Source of the DNA: an uncultured Gemmatimonadaceae bacterium
GTDB lineage: Bacteria > Gemmatimonadota > Gemmatimonadetes > Gemmatimonadales > GWC2-71-9
Assembly: GCA_964580055.1 (NCBI GenBank)
Contig: CAZOJI010000003.1
Coordinates: 35,511-99,510 of the forward strand
Length of the DNA: 64,000 nucleotides
Direction: 5' to 3'
Shown: one piece after another, positions 26,706 through 35,182 of the stretch
Layout of the letters: the number at the start of each line of letters is the position of its first letter
Position numbering within the stretch: the stretch's first letter is position 1
Made by a program: the position numbers and the translations under genes
Notes under the pieces: generated by a model
The model's input: only the letters and a program-made list of their open reading frames with translations
Told to the model about the DNA's origin: nothing
Database searches by the model: none

Positions 26706-28178
26706 GTGAAAGCCCAACTCAAGATTCTGAGCGGTACACTTGCCGGGCAGGTAAAGGTATTCTCGACGGCGCCCATCGAAATTGGCAGGCATCCTTCCTC
26801 CCATCTTCAATTCGACCCCGATCTCGATCTTGACGTGTCAGGGCGTCACGCCGTAATCACATTGAAGGGCTCCCACTGGATCATTCGTGATCGCGGCAGC
26901 ATGAATGGCACTCTGGTGAACGGGCATACCGTTGCCAGCGAGACCACCCTGGACGACACCGACCAGATAAGGTTTGGCCTCACGGGACCAATCGTCGAGT
27001 TCAGGTTGGTTCCGGACAGCACTCCCGACGGCATTCTCGAAACCGCGAAGGCGCGCGCCAAGCCGGAATCGCCAAGAGCGGCAGCAAGGCCAACAGGGAG
27101 AGCCACAGCCCGTGAAGTCCACAACGAGCCACCCACACCTAACGCTGAGTCCGAACATTCGGGCAGCACAACGCAACGTGTGCGCGTCGAAGTCAGCCGC
27201 CAGACCAGAAAACTGCGAGCTCTCACAGTAGTACTGTTCTTCATCCTTCTGGCAGTGGCCGGCGCGTTCTTCTATCAGACCAACCGGCAGAGACGCCAGC
27301 GGGAAGCTGAGATCGCCGCCGTTGAGGCGCGCACTGACAGTATTCTCGAGGCGGCCGCCACGGCAATCAACACTCTCGAAGGGCAGGTAGAAGGACTCGG
27401 CGCGACACTGAGGCAATCGCAAGCAGAGGTTGGGCGCCTGAGAAGCAGCCTTGCAGCGGCTCAGGAATCCGGCAGCGAAGAAGAGGTGCGAGAACTCCGA
27501 CGTCAACTAGCCGACGCTTCTCAAGCTCTCTTGCACCTGGAGGCGGCGGCCGACGTTGATTACAGCTCGATAGTCGACGCCAATCAACGAGCGGTCGCCA
27601 TCGTCTGGGCCGATCTCGGGGATGGCAACATCGAGGTTGGGACTGCGTTCGCAGTTAGGTCCGACGGAACCATGCTAACCTGCCGTCATGTCGTTGCAGG
27701 AGAAGACGGGTCAATACAGCCACAGCGATTGGCCATCAAATTCGCCGACTCTTACCAGGTGTTTCGAGCACAACTGCTAGCGGTGTCGAACGATGCAGAT
27801 TTGGCGGTCGTCAAGGTGAACATCCGCGGTGGCATCCCGACAATTGAGGGATTCAATCAGAGGCCAGACACTCTCAGACAAGGCGATCCCGTCGCTGTTA
27901 TCGGATTCCCCATGGGCACAAGCCTTCCGATGACAGACGCCGGAGAATCCGGTACCATCGCGCGCACCACTTTCGGGGCCGGGTCTGTTTCCAAAACTCT
28001 CGCGGACTTGGTACAGATCGACGGTTACGGAGCGAGGGGAGCCAGCGGCAGCCCGATATTCGACCGTAATGGAGAGGTTGTGAGCATCTTGTACGGTGGG
28101 GAGCCCGGATCCGAAGGTAGAATAGTCCTCAGCGTACCGAGTACTCTTGCACTCGAGTTGCTAGAATCAGTTCCTTAG
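26706..28178 (+). CDS. FHA domain - TM - coiled coil - trypsin-like (S1/Trypsin_2) serine protease fusion
   Basis: N-terminal FHA (IEIGRHPSSHLQF...VSGRHAVI...IRDRGSMNGTLVNG); TM LTVVLFFILLAVAGAFFY; coiled coil (EAEIAAVEARTDS...LRRQLADASQALLHLEAAA). Protease triad contexts LTCRHVV, DADLAVVKV, GASGSPIFD. GTG start. Confidence 0.8.
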   Translation: MKAQLKILSGTLAGQVKVFSTAPIEIGRHPSSHLQFDPDLDLDVSGRHAVITLKGSHWIIRDRGSMNGTLVNGHTVASETTLDDTDQIRFGLTGPIVEFRLVPDSTPDGILETAKARAKPESPRAAARPTGRATAREVHNEPPTPNAESEHSGSTTQRVRVEVSRQTRKLRALTVVLFFILLAVAGAFFYQTNRQRRQREAEIAAVEARTDSILEAAATAINTLEGQVEGLGATLRQSQAEVGRLRSSLAAAQESGSEEEVRELRRQLADASQALLHLEAAADVDYSSIVDANQRAVAIVWADLGDGNIEVGTAFAVRSDGTMLTCRHVVAGEDGSIQPQRLAIKFADSYQVFRAQLLAVSNDADLAVVKVNIRGGIPTIEGFNQRPDTLRQGDPVAVIGFPMGTSLPMTDAGESGTIARTTFGAGSVSKTLADLVQIDGYGARGASGSPIFDRNGEVVSILYGGEPGSEGRIVLSVPSTLALELLESVP

Positions 28179-28188
28179 TTGTAGAACT

Positions 28189-28202
28189 CGGCCCGCGGGC
28201 CG
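28189..28202. terminator. GC-rich 14-nt palindrome CGGCCCGCGGGCCG between convergent transcription units (weak bidirectional terminator candidate)
   Basis: Lies 11 nt after the protease TAG and is followed by UAUUCCUGG. The stem is short with a minimal loop and there is no clean U-tract. Confidence 0.2.
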
Positions 28203-28233
28203 TATTCCTGGAATTGACTTACCACTTCATGAA

Positions 28234-28374
28234 TCAGCGTTGTAGCCGACAAGCACTCGAATGTGGTCGATGCGTCGCGACCAAATCAGACCTGAAGGGT
28301 GCAGCATCAATGTCGATGGTGCGCGGGTTCCGCTGTTCGGTGAGGCGCGGATCCGCATAATCGTGGCTGGTCAT
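28234..28374 (-). pseudogene. Truncated 5' relic of a MurQ-like (N-acetylmuramic acid 6-phosphate etherase) gene
   Basis: An ATG lies 1 nt after the speB stop (TGAGATG). It encodes MTSHDYADPRLTEQRNPRTIDIDAAPFRSDLV..., matching from memory the MurQ N-terminal TE(Q/S)RN-x3-(I/L)D motif. The ORF stops after 46 codons, and no SIS domain follows in any frame. Confidence 0.35.
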
Positions 28375-28375
28375 C

Positions 28376-29332
28376 TCATTCGTGTTGACTCGCCTGACCC
28401 CCACGATCTTTGGTGTAGTAGCCAATCAACTTGTACGCGAGCTTTGCAGCAAGCGCGTCCGGTGCAGCCATGCCCGGTATCGGAGCCAACTCCACAACAT
28501 CGCAACCGACAACCGTCTTTTCCGCGAACACTCGCTCGAGTAATTCCAGTGTGGGGTACCACGTGCCGCCGCCCGGTTCCGGCGTACCAGTGGAAGGCAT
28601 CAGCGACGGGTCGAAGTAATCGACATCGACGGTCAAGTACACCATCTCGTCCAATGCATCGAGCACGCGTTCGATCCAGATATCCGAGGATAGTTCGTGT
28701 CCGAACACGATCGGTATATCTCGACGCCGCGCCAAAGCCCGTTCTGCCGAGGTCATGGATCTGATTCCCACAGGTACGAGACGCACCCGCTCGTGCACAA
28801 CATGCATCGCACAAGCGTGTGAGAATGGAGTTCCTTCGTACTCGGTACGCAGATCAGTATGTGCATCGAGTTGCAGAACTGATAGGGTTCGCTCCGGCAA
28901 TCGGTCCGCGTGCTCGAGGATGACCGGACTCGACACGCTGTGCTCACCGCCCAACATCAAGACGAACTTCCTCTCGTCGAGCAACAGGCCCAGTGCCTCT
29001 TTCAAGGTAGCAAGAGCGACTTCCGGCCCGCTGTCGGGGAGTACGAGTTCAGGCAAAGTGTGTACGCCTATCTCGTGCGGTTCGGAATCCAGCTCGTGGT
29101 CATACAACTCCAGAAAGCGTGAGGCGTGAATGATCGCGCGAGGGCCGAACCGCGTGCCGGTACCAAATGAGACTGTTGCTTCGTATGGGACGGGCAAGAC
29201 GACAACGGGACAATCGTCAAACGTGGATTCGGACGCGGGCACACCCAAAAACGAATCTGGAGGTCCCCAGGGAAGGCGCCGCAAAGCTTCGGGCAGCCCC
29301 GGAGGAGCGCCTCTGTCTCGAAACTCGTTCAT
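28376..29332 (-). CDS. speB: Agmatinase (arginase/ureohydrolase family)
   Basis: 318 aa: LGGEHSVSSPVI...LQLDAHTDL...YLTVDVDYFDPS (Mn-binding motifs). 4-nt overlap with pdaD. Confidence 0.85.
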   Translation of the reverse strand: MNEFRDRGAPPGLPEALRRLPWGPPDSFLGVPASESTFDDCPVVVLPVPYEATVSFGTGTRFGPRAIIHASRFLELYDHELDSEPHEIGVHTLPELVLPDSGPEVALATLKEALGLLLDERKFVLMLGGEHSVSSPVILEHADRLPERTLSVLQLDAHTDLRTEYEGTPFSHACAMHVVHERVRLVPVGIRSMTSAERALARRRDIPIVFGHELSSDIWIERVLDALDEMVYLTVDVDYFDPSLMPSTGTPEPGGGTWYPTLELLERVFAEKTVVGCDVVELAPIPGMAAPDALAAKLAYKLIGYYTKDRGGQASQHE

Positions 29333-29889
29333 CCGCAGAACACCACAGCACTAATCACCGTGACCCATTTGCCGTCATCCTGCGCTTCAGCGGTGCAAGA
29401 CTTGTTTCTGGTCTTGACTATCTTACCCGACAGCTTCCACTGTTCTTTTCTCTCATCCCAAGCCTGGTCAGGATCAAAGGGAACGTCCAGCACAGTCGCC
29501 AGCATGCTTGCCGCCAAATCTTCGGCGTAATCACCGGCGGTTGACCTCTTCGTGCCGAAAGCATGGTGCTCAGAGATGTAACCGTAATGAGCCGGGTCTG
29601 CAGGTATCGCCAATCCTATCGACGTAGTGGCACGCCGGGACGGCTCGTTGGTCGCTGCTTCCGCTACCACCGCAAACGCTATTTGGCCGGGGCTCAGAAG
29701 ACTCAACCCTTTCTCACGTGAAATGAGGCGGCAGTGAGGCGGCCAAATCGAGCTCACCCTGACGAGGTTGAATTGTGCGATGTGCGCCTGACGAAGCGCC
29801 ATCTCGAAGCTGGTCAGCTTCTCTTTGTGTCTACCCACACCCTGCGTGAGAAAGGCCTGCTTCGGTACCGGAAACCCTGTATCAATCAT
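29329..29889 (-). CDS. pdaD: Pyruvoyl-dependent arginine decarboxylase
   Basis: MIDTGFPVPKQAFLTQGVGRHKEKLTSFEMALRQAHIAQFNLVRVSSIWPP, including the Ser-Ser self-cleavage context. An AAGGAG SD precedes ATG 29887-29889; the ORF-track start at 29964 is probably too long. Confidence 0.8.
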   Translation of the reverse strand: MIDTGFPVPKQAFLTQGVGRHKEKLTSFEMALRQAHIAQFNLVRVSSIWPPHCRLISREKGLSLLSPGQIAFAVVAEAATNEPSRRATTSIGLAIPADPAHYGYISEHHAFGTKRSTAGDYAEDLAASMLATVLDVPFDPDQAWDERKEQWKLSGKIVKTRNKSCTAEAQDDGKWVTVISAVVFCG

Positions 29890-29978
29890 TGCATCACACT
29901 CCTTGGTGCTCCCGTGCCAATATGGCACCCCACTGCGTTGGCGAGTGGCCAAGGCACCAATCAATGGGCGTTACGACC

Positions 29979-30368
29979 CTAACAACTCTCTCCATACCAG
30001 AGATCCGGCGAGATCTCCACCGGAGGTTCCGTCTCTCCTGATCTATGGAGCACACCACGAATAACGTGCTCGAGCACAGTCGGTGGACTCTCCCCCACTT
30101 CCTCAACCGCTATCCTATCATGTCCCCGTTTCCTCCCGCGCAGGACAATCATGTAGCTCGCAGTGAATATGCGACGTCGTTCCGCATCAGATCGGCATGC
30201 AACCAGTGCCACACCCCATTCTCTCTCCTCACGGCGGACCGGCGGGAACAGCCATATTCCCTCGATACTGGTTGGTTCGAGGCGTTTCGCCAGAGCCTCG
30301 GCCACACGCGTCCATCCAGGACCGAGTCCAGTGGAAAGTGCTGATCCGGAAATCGAGGCTGGTGCCAT
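29979..30368 (-). CDS. Hypothetical protein
   Basis: 129-aa ORF co-directional between priA and pdaD. No motif recognised. Called on position and codon pattern only. Confidence 0.4.
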   Translation of the reverse strand: MAPASISGSALSTGLGPGWTRVAEALAKRLEPTSIEGIWLFPPVRREEREWGVALVACRSDAERRRIFTASYMIVLRGRKRGHDRIAVEEVGESPPTVLEHVIRGVLHRSGETEPPVEISPDLWYGESC

Positions 30369-30500
30369 GGAATCACCATTTGTAGCGTCAGCGTTTGGAC
30401 TTCGCCAATGCTCAGATACGTGTGGTCAAACTCCGAGCGAGAATGCCCGGCAACAACGCGAACCAAGATATCGGCGCATGGGCCGCTCAACAAGGACGCG

Positions 30501-32918
30501 CTACAGCACCGCTACCGGGTCGCGATCAAAGACTATACGCAGGGCCGCGCTTTCGGTATGAGGTGCACGACGCGACGCATAGCGCGTCACGCGACCAATC
30601 ATGGATTTCTCGACACCCCGATACATGACGTGCCAACGCCAGCGTCCCTTGATACGGGCTAGTGGCGCTGGCGCCGGTCCCAGGACCTCTACTTCCCCTC
30701 TTGCCCGCGCATTCACTAGTCCTCTGAGCCATTCGGCGATATCGACGGCTGCGTCGGCAACCTTTTGTTCATCGAGGCCGCTGACGACAATATTGACCAG
30801 CTGGACATGCGGCGGATAGGAAGGCGATCTCCTGACTTCCAGCTCGTGGCGCGCAAAGGCCTCGAAATCGTGACGAGCGGCAGTCTGAAGAGCATAGTGT
30901 TGCGGTGTACGTGTCTGAACCAGAACACTCCCCCCTTCGGGGCCGCGCCCGGCCCTCCCGGCCACCTGTGCTATCAGTTGAAACGTCCGTTCGGCAGCCC
31001 GAAAATCCGGAAGGTGCAGGCCGGTGTCAGCGTCCACGACTCCAACCAGAGTTATTCCGGGGAAATCCAGTCCTTTTGCCACCATCTGCGTTCCGAACAG
31101 GATATCGATCTTGCGTTTGTCGACGGCTTCGAGAATTCGGCTGTGGGACCAACGTGCCGTGGTAGTATCAGCATCCATCCGAGCCAAACGAGCTTTCGGA
31201 AACCGCTCGGCAAGCCAGCGCTCGAGATGCTGCGTTCCAGTACCTCTCTCTCTACTCCGCGTGCCTCCGCAATCAGGGCATTTCAGCGGCATGCCGGTAT
31301 CGTGCCCACAATAGTGGCACCGCAGTCTCTCAGGAGTCCTATGAACCGTCAGAGAAATGCTGCAGTGGGGGCACTCGGCAACCCCGCCGCACTCGGAGCA
31401 CTGAAGAAAGTTCGCAAACCCCCTCCGGTTGAGGAGCAGGATAGCCTGCTGGCTTTGTCCAAGTGTTTCGCTCAATGCGTGATCCAATGCCTTGGACCAT
31501 GGAACAGCGCCGCTGTCGGGCACGCGCTGTTCCGTTCTCATGTCAAGCAGTGTTACCGATGGCAGTGGGCGCTCGCCGACCCTTTGCGGGAGCGACACCG
31601 AGACGTACCGGTTTCTGGCAGACCAAGTCTCTAACGACGGCGTCGCGCCACCCAACACAATCCGAGCATCCTCGATATTGGCGCGCCTCAACGCCACTTC
31701 GCGAGCATGATATCGAGGCGCCTCACCATGCTTGTAGCTTGCGTCGTGCTCCTCGTCCACCATTATAACGGCCAAGTTTCGTACCGGGGCAAAAACCGCT
31801 GAACGGGCGCCGACAACGACACGCCGTTGTCCGGAGGCGAGAGCGCGCCACGCGTCGGCTCTCTCTCCGTCAGACAACCCCGAGTGCAAAACTGCGACAT
31901 TGTCGCCGAACGCACCGATCACGCGTGAGATTGTCTGTGGAGTGAGCGAGATTTCGGGAACCAGGACAATCGCTCCTTTCCCTCCCTCGACTTCCTCCCG
32001 AAACGTTTCCAAATACACCAGAGTCTTCCCGCTGCCTGTGACACCCCACAACAAGGCCGCTTCGCCGAGAGGTGTTTTACGGATCGCATCCACAGCAGCC
32101 CGCTGTTCAGCATTGGGCGAAGGCGGAACGGTTCCCGGTATGTCGCTGAATGGATCGCGAAGCCTCTCACGGGTGTCAGGCCGCACGAGTCCTCGTTCGA
32201 GCAATCCTTTGATGACTGCGGGCGAGAACCCGAGCTGCATGCGCAGATGGCTCGACGGAGCCTCGCCGCCGAGAGCTTCCAGGACCTCGTACAATTCGCG
32301 CTGCCTAATTGCCCGCCCGAAGGTTCGCTCACGCTCCAGGATAGAGGGAAGCTCCCGAGCGATGACTATTATTTCCTCACTGCCCGGCTTGGGTCCCAGG
32401 CGCGCGGGCTCGGTCTCGAGCACGATGTCACCACGACGCGCCAGTCTTTGAAGCGTGTCCCAGACGGGGCGCCTGAGTCTCCGGGCGAGGCTTGCCGCGG
32501 CCATCCTCCCTCCAGAGCTCCGGATGAGTTCCAGCACCTCACGACTGCGACCGCCAACACTTGTCCGGGACACTACAACGCGTGCAACGAGACGCGACCC
32601 TCCCCACAGCGCCGACGGCATCATTGCACGCAGAGTCAGACCGATAGGTGTCGTGTAGTAGTTCGATATCCAAGCACCTAGCTCAAGCAGCGGTGAGGGT
32701 ATCAGAGGGTCGGCATCCGGCGCCAGCAACACAGGCTTCAGTCCTTCCGTTGCCCCATCATCGACTTCAAGCACGACCCCGATCATTTCGCGCGACCTTA
32801 CCGGCACCAGCACACGGGCACCGGGTGTAACCCGGTCCGCGAGGCTCGTCGGAACTGCGTATGAGTACGGCTTGAGTGCAGGAATGGGCAGTGCGACTAC
32901 ACAGGCGGTAGCTAGCAT
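30501..32918 (-). CDS. priA: Primosomal replication restart helicase PriA
   Basis: LLWGVTGSGKT (Walker A), IMVDEEHD (DExH), and a Cys-rich insertion CSECGGVAECPHCSISLTVH...CHYCGH...CPDCG. Start set at internal ATG 32916-32918 to avoid overlap with the upstream methyltransferase. Confidence 0.9.
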   Translation of the reverse strand: MLATACVVALPIPALKPYSYAVPTSLADRVTPGARVLVPVRSREMIGVVLEVDDGATEGLKPVLLAPDADPLIPSPLLELGAWISNYYTTPIGLTLRAMMPSALWGGSRLVARVVVSRTSVGGRSREVLELIRSSGGRMAAASLARRLRRPVWDTLQRLARRGDIVLETEPARLGPKPGSEEIIVIARELPSILERERTFGRAIRQRELYEVLEALGGEAPSSHLRMQLGFSPAVIKGLLERGLVRPDTRERLRDPFSDIPGTVPPSPNAEQRAAVDAIRKTPLGEAALLWGVTGSGKTLVYLETFREEVEGGKGAIVLVPEISLTPQTISRVIGAFGDNVAVLHSGLSDGERADAWRALASGQRRVVVGARSAVFAPVRNLAVIMVDEEHDASYKHGEAPRYHAREVALRRANIEDARIVLGGATPSLETWSARNRYVSVSLPQRVGERPLPSVTLLDMRTEQRVPDSGAVPWSKALDHALSETLGQSQQAILLLNRRGFANFLQCSECGGVAECPHCSISLTVHRTPERLRCHYCGHDTGMPLKCPDCGGTRSRERGTGTQHLERWLAERFPKARLARMDADTTTARWSHSRILEAVDKRKIDILFGTQMVAKGLDFPGITLVGVVDADTGLHLPDFRAAERTFQLIAQVAGRAGRGPEGGSVLVQTRTPQHYALQTAARHDFEAFARHELEVRRSPSYPPHVQLVNIVVSGLDEQKVADAAVDIAEWLRGLVNARARGEVEVLGPAPAPLARIKGRWRWHVMYRGVEKSMIGRVTRYASRRAPHTESAALRIVFDRDPVAVL

Positions 32919-32934
32919 GGACCTCTGGTGACAA

Positions 32935-33684
32935 TCACTGCGGTTGGGTTTCCGGCAGACGGGAACCCTTGACAAACGACAGGCCAAGGACGCGTTTGCG
33001 GGCCAAGCGTTGCAGAGCCAACATTTCGCGACTCAACACGGTACGCACACCCACCCAGCCTGCTGCATGCCACCCCCTGACCGCGAGGGAAAACATACCA
33101 GGCGTAAACCAGTAACCGTCCTTTACAGCTTCTTCCACGCTGAGTTCTACCGCCCCTGACTCGCGAAGGCAGCGCTTCCACCTCATCGTCACACGAGGCG
33201 AAAACCCCAGCGACTCGATCAGTTTCTGGTCCGATTCACGAGGCGTTTGCAGCCAGGAGGGTGCGACTACAACCACGTTTCCCGTCGGTCTCAACACGCG
33301 CACAGCTTCACGTAGAACTGCTTCCCAGGCTACATCGCGCATGAACAACAGGTGTACTACAACCGTGTCGAAGACGCAGTCCTCGTGAGGTAGATTCGTA
33401 GGGTCTGCATGTTGAAAGGTGACGGTACCCGTCAGATCCGTGCCGCGCACACGTGCCTCCGCATCCTCGATTGCTACCTGATCTGGGTCCAAGCCTTGGA
33501 CCATCGATCTGAATTTCCGCGCCCACCAGACGACGGCCCGACCAGACCCACATCCGACCCAGAGCGTCTCACCGCCTTCGCTCGCGTTGGCGATATCAGC
33601 GACCCTTTTCGAGATTGGTTCCGCCACCTCTCCCCATGGTTGCAGAATTGTGAGCAGCACCGTGGGAGTCAGCCGAATGGTCAT
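32935..33684 (-). CDS. Class I SAM-dependent methyltransferase
   Basis: 249 aa with motif I-like LWVGCGSGRAVVWWARKF and a VVVHLL segment. Confidence 0.65.
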   Translation of the reverse strand: MTIRLTPTVLLTILQPWGEVAEPISKRVADIANASEGGETLWVGCGSGRAVVWWARKFRSMVQGLDPDQVAIEDAEARVRGTDLTGTVTFQHADPTNLPHEDCVFDTVVVHLLFMRDVAWEAVLREAVRVLRPTGNVVVVAPSWLQTPRESDQKLIESLGFSPRVTMRWKRCLRESGAVELSVEEAVKDGYWFTPGMFSLAVRGWHAAGWVGVRTVLSREMLALQRLARKRVLGLSFVKGSRLPETQPQ

Positions 33685-33724
33685 AGGACCAACATACCGC
33701 GGAGATGAGTTCGGGCAAGCGCCT

Positions 33725-35182
33725 TCAAGACAGCGTCTCCTCCACGCGCTCGAGAATGGGCTCGAATGTCAAGGACGTTCCCACCACCGACAATGCGAGC
33801 TCGTTAGCTGGCTGTGCCTGGCCCAGGCCCATCAGTTCGCTCACGAAAGAGCCGGCTCTGGGATTTCGGAACCAATCACTGTCGAAACGGTCTCGCAGAA
33901 CTGAAGTGAGCATCGCCTGTAGCTGCCATGCTCGCAGATACCGGGCGCAATAGAGCGCAGGATCCACATCCGATAGGCAATCGTCCTCGGAGTAGCGGAA
34001 TCTCGTGGCTTCTGTCAACTTTTCCGAGTATAGGGGATCGACGCCTTCAAAGTCGCTTTCGTGCAGAGCCAATTCGTAGATCAGTTTCGCCGCATACCTG
34101 CGCAACAAATAGAGTTCGTGTACTGCGAGGTCACGGACCAGTGTTCCAACCTCGTGCGCGCTCAGTTCCACGTACCTCTCGAGCCATTTTCTGTCTAAGG
34201 TGAGATGATCCCACAGCATCGCATACCCCTCGGTGACAGAGTTGTCGCCAAGCCAACGTGCTTCGAATGGCATTTCGGGTGCAGGAGAGGCAAAATGCAT
34301 AGCGTGTCCCAACTCATGCCAGAACGTTCGATAGTCCACGTGTCCACCTTGCGGGCGCAGCACAAGGTACACCTCGGTTGGCACCTTGACCGGAACGCAG
34401 AATGCCCGCGGCTGCTTTCCTTCGCGCTCGCCGGTATCGAACCTGACATACCCGCCACGATAGATGTCCAGGCCCATTTCACCCATCTGTCGTGATGACG
34501 TTTCCAGCATCGTGTCAGGATCGAATGCCCGGTCAAAGGCGTCGGCTCTAAAAGTCCAAGCGACGTCCGCCCGGACGAGGTCGCGCTCATGCAATCCCAG
34601 TCTGCGTCGCACCAAATGCTCCAGGCATTCCGAATACATGTCCTGGGAAGCTGCCAGAAACGCGACGGCTTGCTGACTGAGTTCCTTGAAGTCTATTCCC
34701 GTCAGAGCGGCAAGGGTCTCGACGTAACCTCCAATTCCGAGTTGAGCCATCACCTGGTGCTCCAGACGGAAACGCTCTCGCCGGAGATCGTCCAATTCCT
34801 TCGCACTCGCACCGGAACGAGCCTTGTCGAGCGCAATCCTGAACACCCTGTCCTGAGAATTCGCCAACTCAATCGGAGCCCGCAGGTAAGACACAGACTG
34901 GCCGTTCACATCGAGTAGCTTGTTCTGTTCCCAAACAAGCTGCTTCTCATCGAGATGAGCAGTCCTTCTTCCGGTCCTCAGTTCGATCAACCATTCCAGC
35001 AATACCAGAGATCCGGACTCGCGCACCAGATGCAACGCATCATCACCGAGAAGCGAGTCATATCGATCATAGATCGCTTGAAATGCAGGTTCCAGCTTAT
35101 GACCGGCACCAGTGAGGTAGTATTCCCTACCCAGATCCTCCTGCAGAGCTTCGCCCGCGGCTATAACGTCGGCGAGTGTCAC
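33725..35182 (-). CDS. Zinc metallopeptidase-like protein (HExxH; M3/oligoendopeptidase-like)
   Basis: 485 aa with [10 protein letters not shown], followed downstream by EGYAMLW. The family assignment is tentative. Confidence 0.55.
   Translation of the reverse strand: MTLADVIAAGEALQEDLGREYYLTGAGHKLEPAFQAIYDRYDSLLGDDALHLVRESGSLVLLEWLIELRTGRRTAHLDEKQLVWEQNKLLDVNGQSVSYLRAPIELANSQDRVFRIALDKARSGASAKELDDLRRERFRLEHQVMAQLGIGGYVETLAALTGIDFKELSQQAVAFLAASQDMYSECLEHLVRRRLGLHERDLVRADVAWTFRADAFDRAFDPDTMLETSSRQMGEMGLDIYRGGYVRFDTGEREGKQPRAFCVPVKVPTEVYLVLRPQGGHVDYRTFWHELGHAMHFASPAPEMPFEARWLGDNSVTEGYAMLWDHLTLDRKWLERYVELSAHEVGTLVRDLAVHELYLLRRYAAKLIYELALHESDFEGVDPLYSEKLTEATRFRYSEDDCLSDVDPALYCARYLRAWQLQAMLTSVLRDRFDSDWFRNPRAGSFVSELMGLGQAQPANELALSVVGTSLTFEPILERVEETLS

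Noticed and set aside
25799-26776. 325-aa minus-strand ORF antisense to the PP2C phosphatase gene
   Set aside because: It is Cys/Arg-rich with no motifs and lies entirely antisense to a gene with unmistakable PP2C motifs. This is the typical shadow ORF of GC-rich DNA.
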